Shown here: positions 25,968 through 39,881 of the stretch, piece after piece
Position numbering within the stretch: the stretch's first letter is position 1
Layout: the number at the start of each line of letters is the position of its first letter
From: Octopus sinensis
Taxonomy: Eukaryota
Assembly (NCBI RefSeq): GCF_006345805.1
Contig: NC_043012.1
Span: 51,894,001 to 51,958,000, forward strand
Direction: 5' to 3'
Length of the DNA: 64,000 nt
The notes under the pieces: generated by a model
The model's input: only the letters and a program-made list of their open reading frames with translations
What the model was told of the DNA's origin: nothing
The model's database searches: none
Translations under genes and position numbers: made by a program

Positions 25968-27335
25968 GCCAGCAATTTTCAGATGAATATAACAAATGTA
26001 CATTTAGACTCCCATGAGACAGACAAACACCAGAATACTTATATAATATACATATATATGTGTGTGTGTGTGAGTGTGTGCACACATGTGTGAGTGTGTG
26101 CACACATGTGTGTGTGTGTGCATGTTTGTGTGTGTGAGTGTGTGTGTAAGAGTGTGTTGTGTGTTGTGTGTGTGTATCTACGTGTTCACCTTATCTGTCT
26201 GTCGGAGATATGAGTCCTTATAAAGTATCTCGATATCGTATGAGTATGTCTGCGGTTGTATAGTTTTAACTTATTTAAAAGAATGTAGGATTCTTTTTTA
26301 TCTTTCTTTTTTAAAAAAAAACCATTGCCCTAGATACCAATCTAACAAATATGCAATTTCAGGAATTCTACATTTGTAAAGTAAGAATAAATCCGATTGA
26401 AAATATTATGCCTCGCTGACAATAAACGTAAATCAATTATTCTTTGCTTCAATTTATACACAAAAAATAAAATTCAAATGATATTACGTTCATGATGATA
26501 TCTTAAAATGCAATCGAACATACACTTCCGGATATGTTAATACGATTACGATGTATGTAGCATTGAACAATATTTGACTAAGCAAAATATGGTGTTTATG
26601 TCTGGAATCTCTTTGAGTAATTACCCACTTATCTCTAGAAAATATTTTGCCTAATGTTCTTATATTACTCCTGATATTTACTTATATTTATAAATTTAGT
26701 AATATTTGCTGAAATTTGTGAAACACTTTGTTTTACATATTTTGTAACGCTAAAAAAAATATAATTACGTAAAATTAAACTGCCAGCAATGTGGAGAGAA
26801 GAGGAAAAAATATACGAACACGTGTGTGTACATGTGTGCGTGTGTATGATTATGTGTGCATGTGTGTGCTTGTGTGTGTGTATGTGTGTGTGTTACGAAA
26901 CTAATTACATAGCTGATGGTAACTTTTTAGCAAGTTACATATTTAGGAATTATATGATTATAAACAAAAAATAGTTCGTACGCAATAACAAATATTCATG
27001 ATTCATAGACGTGTGGTGATGATACACTGACACACATTTGCATATATATATATGCATGTGTGTATATATATATATATATACACGTTCCCGGGTACCTATA
27101 TATGTGTGTATGTATGTGTGCGTGCGTTTGTATTGGTTTATGTATATATTTACAATCACACAAACTAACAAACAGACATATATAGAAAGAGACTGACAAA
27201 GGAACAAAAAGACAAAACCTAAAGACAGATTTGTTGAACGATAGATAGACCAACATGTGTATTACTGTGATGATGCTTATGTATCAGTGTATATATGTGC
27301 GTGTGTGTGTGGGGGCAGAGTGTGTGTGTACATAC

Positions 27336-27419
<84 letters not shown>

Positions 27420-27721
27420 ACGATTGCAGCGTGGAAGGTGTTTATAAGCCTTTAAAAACACACACAAAACTGTTAGATTCATATAGTCTATTGACTAATT
27501 TTTCTATACGCTAGGCTAATTGTAGTAAACATTTCTAAAACCTTTATACATCCAGGTTTCCGTTTGGGCACTCACACACACACACCGAAATTGCGAGGAT
27601 GATCCGGTTCTTGAATGAAGATTGAAGGCTTCAAATGTCTCGTCCGTGTTTTTTTTTGTATCGTCTTCTAAATGTTTTGCGTCCTTGTCCCAGTTTGTAT
27701 TTTTTATACACACACACACAC

Positions 27722-27815
<94 letters not shown>

Positions 27816-27865
27816 ATAGATAGATAATAGATAGATAGATAATAGATAGATAGATAGATAGATAG

Positions 27866-27918
<53 letters not shown>

Positions 27919-28047
27919 TGATAGATAGATAGATTCAGACGAATATGGTACATAAGTTCAGGCACGAAAATTTAGTACGGTGTTTTCCATAGAATTTCAA
28001 AATAAGATGATTAAAATCAAAATAAGCAACAACGATATCCAGAGCTA

Positions 28048-28128
28048 ATGCAGTACGATCGTTTCAAGCAAATCCATTTAATTGAACAATGTAACCATTA
28101 CATCAGTTTGAGCAATCCTCAGCTTCAT
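28048..28128 (-). ncRNA. Hammerhead relic
   Basis: augaag CUGAGGA ...(irregular stem II)... GAAAC GAUC GUA cugcau. Stem I pairs 5 of 6. Confidence 0.5.
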
Positions 28129-28399
28129 AAAGACATAGAATTTAACTAAATTAAAATAGATGGACACATTAGCATAATTTTACCTAAAATATCAAGAAGG
28201 TTAGGAGCTAGACAAAGTATCGCCAAAGCTGAAGAGAAAGTTGCATGTCCTTTGTCTATCTTCTTACATTTTTGAGATTTTAGGTAAAATTATACTAATG
28301 TGTACATCTGTTTTAATTTAATTTAATTAAATTATATGTCATTATGAGATTGACAAACTTACATAACAAGAAGGAGTACGGTTGGACGTATATTATTTC

Positions 28400-29340
28400 T
28401 GTGAGGAGGACTGCCTGTGTGCAAAGATTGCTTGGTACGTGAATAAATACTTTATCACTTTCTCGAATATTGCTTTATCTAGGAGGATCTATTTTGCCAT
28501 GTGCATTATGTGGATCATGATATGTCTTGCGTGGAAGCTTATTCCTTTGGCGCCATCTGTAATGTCATCAGGTGCCCACTTCCCTCTACTGCTCGCGCAA
28601 TACAGTCGATGGAAGTTCTACAGTAGAAATATATAGGAAATTAGTGGAGGGTGTGAGCACTAACATTCTCAAGGAAACTCTAGGCGTCAATGTGGATTCG
28701 CTAGCTGGTCTGTTTTGGAGGGCTTTCGGGCCCGGTACATCCATGGATATCTTATAGAGATACCTGTACTGACAATGCTACCGAGAAGCACTGCCAGTTC
28801 TTGATAAATTCTACAGGCATGAAGCGCTGTCAAGCGGACTGAGTTGTACGCAGAACCACGAAAACGCTCTGCACGAAGTCGTGCAGTGTCCAAGTTTTTC
28901 TGAGTTTTAGAGTTATGTCAAGCAGCCGTTATTGCGTGTGGTATGAATGCGACTGAGGATCGCCACTCCACCCACATTTAACAAGGCTGGACATGTGGTG
29001 ATCCTCTGTCTCATGGCTATGAGGAAAAAGTTTGTGAAATGAATGAGGTTGAAAGATTTGAGGAAATATAACTTTCTCATATGTCGAGCCCTCATCGAAT
29101 TTTTGAAGCTCCACTTGGAAAGGAAAATTATGATTCAGAAGCAATTGCTACCTCACAGTGAATTTACGAGTAGAATAACGACTATGGCAAAACTGGTTAC
29201 TGTGAATAGCTTTGATCCAAAGCGACATCTGTACGTTGAAGGGCAACAGTTGGGAAAGGTCCCGTAACTTTGGTAAGCAGAGTAATCAATGATTGCTTTA
29301 TTGGTCCAAGCTGGCGTTTCTGTTGTGTGAGGAGGACTGC
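28400..29340 (+). mobile_element. Tx1/L1-like LINE, 3' end of ORF2 (zf-RVT region), decayed
   Basis: STVEIYRKLVEG..ETLGV..LFWRAFGPG, CYREALPVLDKFYRH, ENALHEVVQCP, LIEFLKLHLERKIM. Confidence 0.75.
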
Positions 29341-29834
29341 TTCATTCATGTTATCACTTTCTTTGTATATTACGCATACTTTTATCGCATTTCACTCTCT
29401 GCTCTATCCAGTCATGTATGCTTCAGTGCTTAAAAATAGAAATCATTTATGGGTTTGGTGGGTGTTTGTGAAACGGCGTATTTACGGATGTTGTCCTACT
29501 TGGGCAAAACCTAGCACCTAACCGCATTTTACCATGGCTTATCTCCACAATAGGCGAAGTTGTAGCTGGCGTACTTTCCATCTGTGTAGGTGTGCTATAA
29601 ATTTTATCAGTACAGTCTTTTAGTTTCACTTTCTTTTTCATTCGTACTTCTTCCTTTCCCTCCCTTCTTTCTTTCTGTCTTTCTTTCTGCTCCTCCGTTT
29701 TCTTTCTCCCAGCCATACTAACCCCTGTTGGCCGCTAACGATTTTCTTTAATTTCAATTAATATTCCTTACACATTTTAATTTTGATTTTTACCATTATC
29801 ACTAGTATAGTTTTTCTTGTTGTTGTTATTATTA

Positions 29835-29835
29835 T

Positions 29836-29872
<37 letters not shown>

Positions 29873-29893
29873 AGTAGTGTAGTAGTAGTAGTG

Positions 29894-29944
<51 letters not shown>

Positions 29945-29945
29945 T
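29835..29945. repeat. (TAG)n microsatellite
   Basis: Directly visible. Confidence 0.95.
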
Positions 29946-30089
29946 TTCTACTGATATTAAAGTATTTGTCTTAGGTGTGACACGGAGTCTTCGTTCCGTT
30001 TTCCCTTCTATTATTTTCTCCTCCTTCATTCACGTCTCTCTTCCTTCTACTTCTACTGTATCCTCGACCACCATCTCCATATTGATTTC

Positions 30090-30265
30090 AAATTTTGGCA
30101 CAGGGAGAGCAATTTCGGAAGAAGGATTATGTCGATTACATCAACTCCAGTGTTCGACTGCTGCTTATTTTATCGACCTCGAAATGATTAAAGGCAAAGT
30201 AGAACTCGGCAGAATTTGAACTCAGAACATAAAGACGGACGAAATGCCGTTAAGCATTTTGTCCT
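30090..30265 (-). mobile_element. SINE family B variant
   Basis: Reverse complement of the gttctgagttcaaatt...tactttgccttt...gtcgataaaataag core. Confidence 0.8.
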
Positions 30266-30450
30266 AACTTGTTTACTGTTGTATATAAAACCGCCGTCTT
30301 CATGTTGTACTTTGGCCAAGTAACGCCGATGCATGTAATGAGCAACGTTTGTTCGCATAACTAGGGATTATGCGCATGTACGGGCTGTATAATATTATAC
30401 AAAGGATTAACTCCAGTATTCGTTAGATATATATATATATAATATATATA

Positions 30451-30651
30451 AATGGTAAGAGATCAAAAGAATGAAAGAAACCTCGATATTATGCAAATAG
30501 AGGAATTTATCTGTAAATGTAATATGTGACAATTATTCGGTATACATAATAAAACTCCGAGTTTCGGATGTCGGGCTGGAAATCCACGCCGCCATCTTTT
30601 CAGTTATCCGGCCATCGATGGCCGGATAATTGTCACTTATTACATTTACAG

Positions 30652-30653
<2 letters not shown>
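30451..30653. mobile_element. (TA)n-embedded fold-back element with a hammerhead on the minus strand
   Basis: Perfect 26-bp palindrome ttatccggccatcgatggccggataa (30604-30629). Inverted repeat 30509-30540 / 30622-30653 (30 of 32). Hammerhead at 30548-30608. Confidence 0.8.
30548..30608 (-). ncRNA. Type I hammerhead with a single core lesion (CUGAAAA)
   Basis: gauaa CUGAAAA GAUG..ggc(g)ugg-auuu-ccagcc..CAUC C GAAAC UCGGA GUU uuauu. G8 is A (forward T at 30598). Confidence 0.7.
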
Positions 30654-30709
<56 letters not shown>

Positions 30710-30736
30710 CTAGCTACATTTATTTTCTCGAGAGAA

Positions 30737-31020
30737 ATACTGTATGGAGCGGGGCTAGCCTCTGGCAGGCGTATTTGTGGACGATCCGTTTCAATGATGT
30801 GTGCAAACGTGACGTGAAGACCATGAGTATGAATACCAAAACCTGGGAGAACATGGCAAAATACCATTCTTGCTGGAGACAGAGGCTAAGTACGCCCTGA
30901 TGGAAGAAGATCGCATACATCAGACTGCAGAGGACAGACGTAGATACAAGAAGGCTGAACTATCGACAAACGACCAACTGACCAACCACATTTGCAGCCG
31001 TTGCAGCCGTGACTGCCAAA
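30737..31020 (+). mobile_element. RTE-clade LINE, 3' fragment
   Basis: ILYG..LASGRR..GR, FNDVCKRDVKTMSMNTKTWENMA..WRQ, ICSRCSRDC. Confidence 0.85.
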
Positions 31021-31039
31021 GAAACACGCGCGCGCGCCC

Positions 31040-31250
31040 CTGTCTGTCTGTTTGTCCACCATCACAGTTTGACAACTAGTGTTCGTGTGTTTATGTTCCC
31101 GTAACTTAGTGGTTCGGCAAAAGTGCACGATAGAATAGGTTCCAGGCTCGACAAAGTATGTACTTGGGTCGACTTATTTGACTAAAAATTCTTCGATGTG
31201 GTGCTCCAACATGGTCGCAGTTAAATGACTAAAACAATTAAAAAAGGTAA
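31040..31250 (+). mobile_element. SINE family A, 3' half
   Basis: Similar to the family A body and tail. Confidence 0.8.
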
Positions 31251-31397
31251 AACATACACCAATAAAGATGATGGGTCAATAGTATAAAAACCTAACAAAA
31301 ACCGCGAAACCGTAAACGTTTTGGTGGTTTGAGGAGTTGGATAACGATTATCGGAATGATGTATTTAATAAAACATTTGCGAGAATTGTTTGGTTTA

Positions 31398-31815
31398 GGC
31401 GTAGGAGTGACTGTGTGGTAAGTAGCTTGCTTACAAACCACATGATTCCGGGTTCAGTCCCACTGCGTAGCATATTGGGCAAGTGTCTTCTACTATAGCC
31501 TCGGGTCAACCGAAGCCTTGTGAGTGGATTTGGCAGACGGAAACTGAAAGAAGCCCGTCGTATATATGTAAATACATATAAATATATATATATGTATGTG
31601 TTTGTGTGTCTGTGTTTGTCCCCCCCCAACATCGCTTGACAACCGATGCTGGTGTGTTTACGTCTCCGTAACTTAGCGGTTCGGTAAAAGACACCGATAG
31701 AATATAAATTAAGCTTACAAAGAATAGGTCCCGGGGTCGATTTGCTCGACTAAAGGTGGTGCTCCAGCATGGCCACAGTCAAATGACTGAAACAAGTAAA
31801 AGAGTAAAAAGAGAG
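31398..31815 (+). mobile_element. SINE family A, full length
   Basis: ggcgtaggagtgactgtgtggtaagtagc...ccgggttcagtccc...aaacaagtaaaagag. Confidence 0.92.
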
Positions 31816-32614
31816 AGTTTAAAATGTTGAATGTCCCTGGATGCACAGAGAGTACCACAAGCGATTCTTTTCGATCGTCTTATATTGACTTCATTCTTGA
31901 TGACCTGTATTTCTTATAATATCGTAGATGTCTTAGTACCAGCGTATCTATCAAAAGAGATGATATACAAGGTTTGTATATACAATAGGTATTTATTAAT
32001 TATTCAGTCCCGGGATTAGCATTCCAATGAAGTTTTTCTACTGCTTTGAAAAATACTTAAAAGGAATATCCTGGAATCGCTTTTGAAACGATTATTTTGT
32101 CATGTGATTCTGAATAAAAGAGACACTCTCAAGGAATTATATCATATCTCGAAAAAAAAAAACGGGAAAAAACATTCGACAGAGATGCGTTTTGTGCATA
32201 GTTCATCTTTGAAAAGTAGTTCCGAGCTAATTTTCATATGCCTTCTTGCTTTAAGCAGAAACCATTAATTTATATGAAGTGAACATAAAAAAATAAACAA
32301 AATGCCATATATATGGCATAAATATGGTTTAGAATTCAGGAAAGCAAAAACTATGGATATAAAATTAGTTCGTTAAATGAAAAGCCATTTTTATTGCACG
32401 CATTGTATTTCATAATGTATATGGGTCTGTGTCTGTGCGTGTATCTGTGTGTGTGTATTTGTGTGCAGTTTGGGCTTCCTACATTTGTCTACCTGTTTCT
32501 TAATAAACAGCTGCCGTATATACCTATCTGCTTCTCCCTCATTGTTTCATACGTTATCTGTGTCTGCATGTATGCATGTATATATATATATATATATACA
32601 CATATATATATATA

Positions 32615-32666
<52 letters not shown>

Positions 32667-32686
32667 TACATATATATATATGTATG

Positions 32687-32722
<36 letters not shown>

Positions 32723-35561
32723 TTATATATATACACATATATATACATATATATATATATATATGTATATATGTATATATGTATATGTATATATGCATGT
32801 ATGTATGTAGTATGTAAATGAAGAGGCAGAAAGACAGACAGACAGATAGAAAGAGAAGTATGAGCGATGATTGGTAAGTAGATACACAGATGCGTGATAA
32901 CAAATTTGCAGACAAATGTTGGAAGACTAAACCATAAGCACAGCACACGCTCACATAAACACACACTCACACACGTCCGTATGCACATACAAATACACGT
33001 ACAGAGGGACATTTACTCAAACCTAATTGTAATGATACCAAGACGCGCTGCCGTGAAGCCACAATCTCTACATCAAAGCAAACTCCAGATTAGGCATGTT
33101 CATTCACCGTGAGATGTTGTTACTAACAAATGGAGCTAATTCCTTTGGTCTGACTACTCTCCCTAGGATATCTGTGAACGGGCGATGAATGTTCGGAAAG
33201 CGTGTAGTAAATGACACACATTTTTATGACTATTTCCGGACATACTGGTCGATATGTACACTTGGGGCGTTTTCATCATGCTATTGCTTATCTCTCAGAC
33301 ACGCATTCAGCATTTATGTACTTTGCTAAGCTACATTTTAAAACAACTGAAAATATGTAGCTTGCCGTTTGAATGTAAATTAGTTGAACATTTAATTGCA
33401 TATATTCTTGATCAGAATGGCTATTGGTCAGGCAGTTATAATTCAGACATATAGTTATTTTCTCGGATATGTAGACGCTTGACCTAACGAAAATACATAA
33501 AGAGCATTAATAAAAAGGGAATATTGGTTTTAGTAAAGAAAATAAACTCTTTGAACTGACAGTCCATTCATAAAGGAATGCTGTTGTTGAATCGTGTATT
33601 TATGTATAGTAACTAATCATACATACTTCTCCAGCCAGTTTCCAGTCTGGAAGTGTATCCATGATTATAACATTTCTAACGTTTTATCATTCGTCTTTTA
33701 TGTCCTACCTTCTCAGCTGTTGTAATTCTTTATGAATGCTATTGATCCAAATGAAAAATATTTCCTTTAGATTATTCCGACAAACTATAGCCAAATGCTT
33801 GTCTGTATTCTATATAAATATTTTCATATTCAACGCTTGATTTGTATTTCCTTACATTTATTTCATTTTGGCATTACAGACGTATAGCAGCAAAAGTTGC
33901 ATCATATAAACTTTTTTCATTGCTCTATTGTCGGTGGAGCATATGTTTGTATTTCTTTTTAAGTTACCCACGATCAAACTTCCTTCTTTACCTGATCATT
34001 ATAATATAGGCTCATGGCCACAATATTTGTGGGTAATGAAAAGTCGATTGTAACACCCACAGTACCCGATTAATATATTCGTTCCCAGGATGATTAAAAG
34101 CAAATTTGAGCACATTGAGATTTGATTTCTGACAAAATAATACCGTAAATATGTGTCCGGTGTTTTAATAATTATATTTTTTATAACATGTCCAGTGTCT
34201 ACATAGTATTTCTCTCATATATTTTAAAACTGGTAAATTTTACACATTGCTAATTTCACGGTCACATTTTCCATTGCATAAATTCACTAGTTCAAATACT
34301 AATTTATTCTTAGGAAATTGGATAGAACTCATATTCATTTCTTGTCATATGTATCGATGAATTTAGACTTTTATATTTAATATAATAGCAAGTTCCGTGA
34401 TGATTATTTGTATCTTATACACTGAACATTCTTTTTCTGCTTTCACTTAACTAAATATATTTTCCATATAACTAGTAAATTTCTGCATATATTTATTGAT
34501 AATATATTGATACTTATGGTGCGCATAAGTACCAGTTGACTACAGGAGTCGATTACACCGACTTACCTCATTCCCCGAACTTGCTAGTCTGGTGCCAAAA
34601 TCTGAAACCAATACGTATGCATTTCAAAGTATAGCAAATTGAAATTTCCTTGAATTACATTCATAGTCGTTTCTCTAACTTTTGTTTATTTGAGATAAAG
34701 ATTTTCTTTAGTGGAGAAAACGCTACGTACTTATGTACCTGCTCATACAATTATCGCACACTCTACTTTTATTTTACTTCCCAATTTGCCTCAAAAAAAC
34801 TTTTCCACACTTTCTCACTATCTTTTGAAGACTCCAACAAGCCTCTCCCATATTTTTGCCAGTATCTTGTAGTTTTCAGATTATATTGGTTGTAGTAGCA
34901 TACTGAACTCATACTCAGCTGTCATAAGCGACTGCACGTCAGACTACAATGGATAAACCTATGCATCTAAAATATAGCAGTGACTATGTAACTTCACTAA
35001 CATAATTTTCACAAAGCTTTTCAAATAGAATGTGACTTGACCATCATAAAAGAATTTAATCTACATTCTTTAAGATAGCTTGGAGCAACTACATTTAATT
35101 GTTCATATCTCCACACGCATATTATATGTCATTTAATATATTGTTGAGATTTATATTTAAATGTATTATTGTTTCCGAAACCAACCCAGATACATAACTT
35201 TTCAAACATTAGCGGGGAAAGTGCCCGATTTACTAAGGAATGGACGCTTAACAATTGAGAATTTTCTAGTAAGGGTTACGTTTGACAATATATATTAAGT
35301 CCAACAAAGATTGCTAGTGCAAAAGTATAAAATATAAATATAAAAAAATGGAAAAACGTCGACAGGTGGCCATAATAACTGCACATTTCTCACATTCTTG
35401 TGGAAATGTTGTCATATATTGACTACATTTATATTAAAAGAATCATGTAATCTAATCCGAGTAAAAACCCAGAGGGTTTGAAAGGTGAATGGAATGCCAT
35501 CTAGATATCTTTCCAATTGTGAGTGTATTCCCAATTGTGCGGAGTCTGGATATATACATAC

Positions 35562-35613
<52 letters not shown>

Positions 35614-35618
35614 CACAC

Positions 35619-35664
<46 letters not shown>

Positions 35665-35668
<4 letters not shown>

Positions 35669-36650
35669 TTAAATCTAAGATATATTCTCTTTCATTTTTC
35701 TACAATGCTTTTTCCATCTGTCTCACAAACGTGGAAGGCCCCTCTAGCAAAATCAACTTGTGCGTAAGGTACTGTTCTGAACTCTTCTACAGAATTCATA
35801 TTTTTCGTCCAAATGATTTTGAAGACTGCGGAATTAATGATTATCAGATGAGACAATATCTGGAACATATGGTGTGTGGAGCATGGTTTCCCATTTTAAC
35901 TGCTCCAGCCTTTGGAATGTCATCCTTGCTGTATGTGGCCGAGAATTATCCTGGTGGAAGAACACCTTCCGTCTTCAAACTAAACATGTTCGTCTATCTT
36001 CTGGCACTGACTTGAGTCGATCCAGCTGCTCGCAGTAGATATTTGTTATCGTTTGTTTCAGGTTTAAAAGTTCAAAGTGGACAAAACATTTCATATCCTA
36101 CCAAACAGATTACAACACTTTTATCCTGAGGTCGTGGTAATTCTCCGTTCCCGTCTGTCTTCTGCACTTGATATTTTTATAGGGAACTCATTTCGTGTCA
36201 CCAGTAACTATTCGGTCCCAAAATCGTCCATTCATGAAACGTGATAGCAAAAAAAAAGCATACATTCAAACTCTCTGCCCACGATTAGACTCCGAACTTT
36301 TCTGAGGAACCCATTGACTCAGTTTGCTGACTTTTCCGATGGCATGCGGCTGTCGATGAATGGTGGAATGACCAAATCGAAGCTTCTCTTCCAGTTTTTC
36401 AACAGTTACGATGCGATTTTGTTCCACTAGGGTTTGAAGGACGTCCTCGTCGAGCTCTACAGATCTACCAGGACGAGGCTCGTCTTCTAGGCTATAGTTT
36501 CCAGCTCAGAATTTCTGGAACTACCATTTATACTGGCTTACACTTATTGTCCAATCGCCATATACTGTATTAATATTCCTCGCACTTTCCCTTGAGTTGC
36601 TGCCGTTATTGAAACTCATAAAATAATATATGCCAAATATGCCGTGATGC
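35665..36650 (-). pseudogene. Second mariner transposase pseudogene (different subfamily, TIRs not found)
   Basis: GNYSLEDEPRPGRS, WVPQK, RIVTGDTK*, HQDNSRPHTA, PYVPDIVSSDNH*FRSLQNHL. Confidence 0.92.
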
Positions 36651-37212
36651 GGTTTGTTGCTATTGACAACCACCACCTAGTCAACGACTACTACAAGCGC
36701 CAATACCACCAGCAGCTTCAGCGACTACTACCGCTTATACCATCATTTCCAACACCCTTGTAGACAGCCACCTGCCAACTCACAGCCAGTCACCACCATC
36801 GCTCCTACGTGACCACTACGGTATTAACAAGAGCAAAATTGGTTGAAATATTACAAGCACACTTATTGAATTAAAAGGGATCAGTGCCCATTCGGATATT
36901 CAAATGACAGAATCTACATAGAGACTGATCTCTTTAATTGTATTCTTCTGAAGATAAACCTTTGCGTCTAAAATATATGAATGGTTTTCAAATTACCTTT
37001 CTGTCTTGTTACAAGATTTCATTATTTCCCATTATTTTTATCCTTCTATCTCTGTACTATAATGTTTCAAGCTACTCATTACATCTGCACACACACACAC
37101 ACACACACACATACACACACACACTCATACATACACATACACACACACGCATTAGTTGATTCAAAAAGCCTTTAACAGGCTTCGGGACAAATCAAACAGT
37201 TTTACGTAAAAT

Positions 37213-37259
37213 TAATAATAGCAGTAATGATAATGATAATAATAATAATAATAATAATG

Positions 37260-37300
<41 letters not shown>
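37213..37300. repeat. (TAA)n microsatellite
   Basis: Directly visible. Confidence 0.95.
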
Positions 37301-37301
<1 letters not shown>

Positions 37302-37475
37302 TTTTTTTAATTGGCTGCAAGGGCCCAAAACCTGGGGAATAATATCAAATGACGAAATACAACACACAAAAAACAGCTGGAGTGTACGTTGAACATAGAG
37401 AGACACCTCTCTCTCTCTCTATATATATATATATATGTATATGTGTGTGTGTGTGTGTGTGTGTTATATATATAT

Positions 37476-37800
37476 TCTTCTTTACTCCGCCGGTTACGAC
37501 GACGAGGGTCCCAGCTGATACGATCAACGGAACAGCTTGCTCGTGAAATTAACGTGCAAATGGCTGAGCATTCCACAGACACGTGTACCCTTAACGTAGT
37601 TCTCGGGGATAATCAGCGTGACACAGAGAGTGACAAGGCTGACCCTTTGAAATACAAGTACAACTCATTTTTGCCAGCTGAGTGGACTGGAGCAACGTGA
37701 AATAAAGTGTCTTGCTCAAGGACACAGCGCGTCGCCGGGAATCGAACTCACAACCTTACGATCATGAGCCGAATGCCCTAACCACTAAGCCACGCGCCCT
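37476..37800 (-). mobile_element. SINE family D (tRNA-like head)
   Basis: Minus strand ggcgcgTGGCTTAGTGGttaggg...GAGTTCGATTCCC...tgtgtccttgagcaagacact body. Confidence 0.85.
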
Positions 37801-37888
37801 CACTTATATATATATATATAATATATATATATGTGTGTGTGTGTGTGTGTATAAATATGTGTGTTCATATACATATATATATAGAGAG

Positions 37889-37921
<33 letters not shown>

Positions 37922-37982
37922 TAGATATAGATAGAGATAGATAGTTAGATATTGATAGAAAGATAGGCGTGTATGCAAGTAC

Positions 37983-38083
<101 letters not shown>

Positions 38084-38483
38084 ATATACATACAAATAAA
38101 CACAGTCACAAGCAAACAAACACACGCGCAAGCATGTAATCACCCATCCGCACACATATACATACCTTCATGCATATAATCATTCACAATTGCTTAACTC
38201 ACAAAGTTATCCACTTTCAACAATACATAAAACCTTACAATCTTTTTTTTTTCTTAAATAATATTAGCCGTTCTTTTATAGCAACGTTTAATAGCTCTGC
38301 TAACAACAGTGCATTAGAAAAGCCGCCTTAAAATTTACTATTTCTTCAGATTTACCTAGTGACAGAATCAGTTTCAATAAACACTTACTTCCTACATAAG
38401 TCGCTTTGTTTTGTTTATCCACTTCAGTTCTATCACATTTCGGAAGATGGTCGTCACATTCTGAATGACAAATATTCAATCAC

Positions 38484-38502
38484 CTGGCGTGTTGTAAAGT
38501 AG
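38484..38502 (-). other. Candidate 19-nt micro-exon (CTACTTTACAACACGCCAG)
   Basis: cttattttcag|exon|gtgatt, with a CAG|GTGATT donor. Confidence 0.25.
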
Positions 38503-39434
38503 CTGAAAATAAGCGGCTTCCGGCGCGGCTGTAATCGGAGCAGTCGGAAAAGACATGAACATTATCAATAAAGTGTCTGAAGTTTTCCATTCTAGATCCA
38601 AAGAAATATGCAGGATGAGAATCTGATACAAAGCAAAATAAGAAAACAAGTAATTTTTACAAAGACCTACTTGAAAGAACAGTTTTCCAATTATAGACAA
38701 CTATATAAAAATATATATACACATAACAAGTAGAATACAGAACCACTCAAGATGAAAATATTGTGGATTTTTTAAATGTATGTTCCTATTTTATTTTTGT
38801 CAAGATATGGACAAAAAAATCCTAGTGTATCTAATGTGATTCCAGTAGTATCTTTAGTATTGTGGTAAAATTAAATTCTTAAATAAAAATAAATATATAA
38901 AGGAATAAATAAAGGAACACAATAAGATGGTTAGTGTACATAACAATCTACCAACGATTAGTGAAAATTACATTCTGAAGAGTTTTCCAACAATTATCCT
39001 TTAAAATGTCACCGATATACATTATGATTTTAAATATTAAGTAATTGCTCTATTCTACCATTAAAATATTTGTTGTTAATTTATTCTACTTTTCAATGCA
39101 TTGGCAAAATATTGATTGTTGTTTCGGTAAGATGGGTAAAGTATATTGTTTGGGCCACAAAACGGTATTTATATTTGGTCCACAACCCTCTGTTTTACTT
39201 CTTTTATAGACGGATTTTTTTTTATCAACGAAATCAAATTAATCTTGTAATATTTCTGGAGTAACTAAAACTTCTACTGTTCGCATCACAATTTCAAAAT
39301 ACTACTATCAAAAATAATTATGACATCACAAGGTGAGGGCAAGAGATTTTACAATACTCAAAAAAATCTGTAATGATTATGCACTGAGGAAAAGTATGAA
39401 GGCACAATTTCATATAGAATTCCACTGTAACATA

Positions 39435-39598
39435 GACGTAGGAGCGGCTGTATGGTAAGTATCTTGCTTACGAACCACATAGTTCCAGGTTCAGTCCCAC
39501 TGCGTGGCACTTTGGGCAAAGTCTTCTACTATAGCCTCGGGCCGACCAAAGCTTTGTGAGTGGATTTGATAGACGGTAACTGAAAGAAGCCCGTCGCA

Positions 39599-39647
<49 letters not shown>

Positions 39648-39881
39648 ATACACATATACATATGTTTGTGTGTCTGTGTTTGTCCCCCCAACATCGCTTG
39701 ACAACCGATGCTGGTGTGTTTACGTCTCCGTAACCTAGCGGTTCGGCAAAGAGAACGATAGAATAAGTACTAGGCTTACAAAGAATAAGTTCTGGAGTCG
39801 ATTTGCTCGACTAAAGGTGGTGCTCCAGCATGGCCACAGAAAGATGACTGAAACAAGTAAAAGAGTAAAGAGTAAAGAGTG
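39435..39881 (+). mobile_element. SINE family A, full length
   Basis: Complete head, internal TA/TG tract, (GTAAAGA)-like tail repeats. Confidence 0.92.

Noticed and set aside
36660-36820. ACC/ACT-rich segment that translates as Thr/Pro/Gln-rich
   Set aside because: Degenerate trinucleotide repeat with no exon signals.
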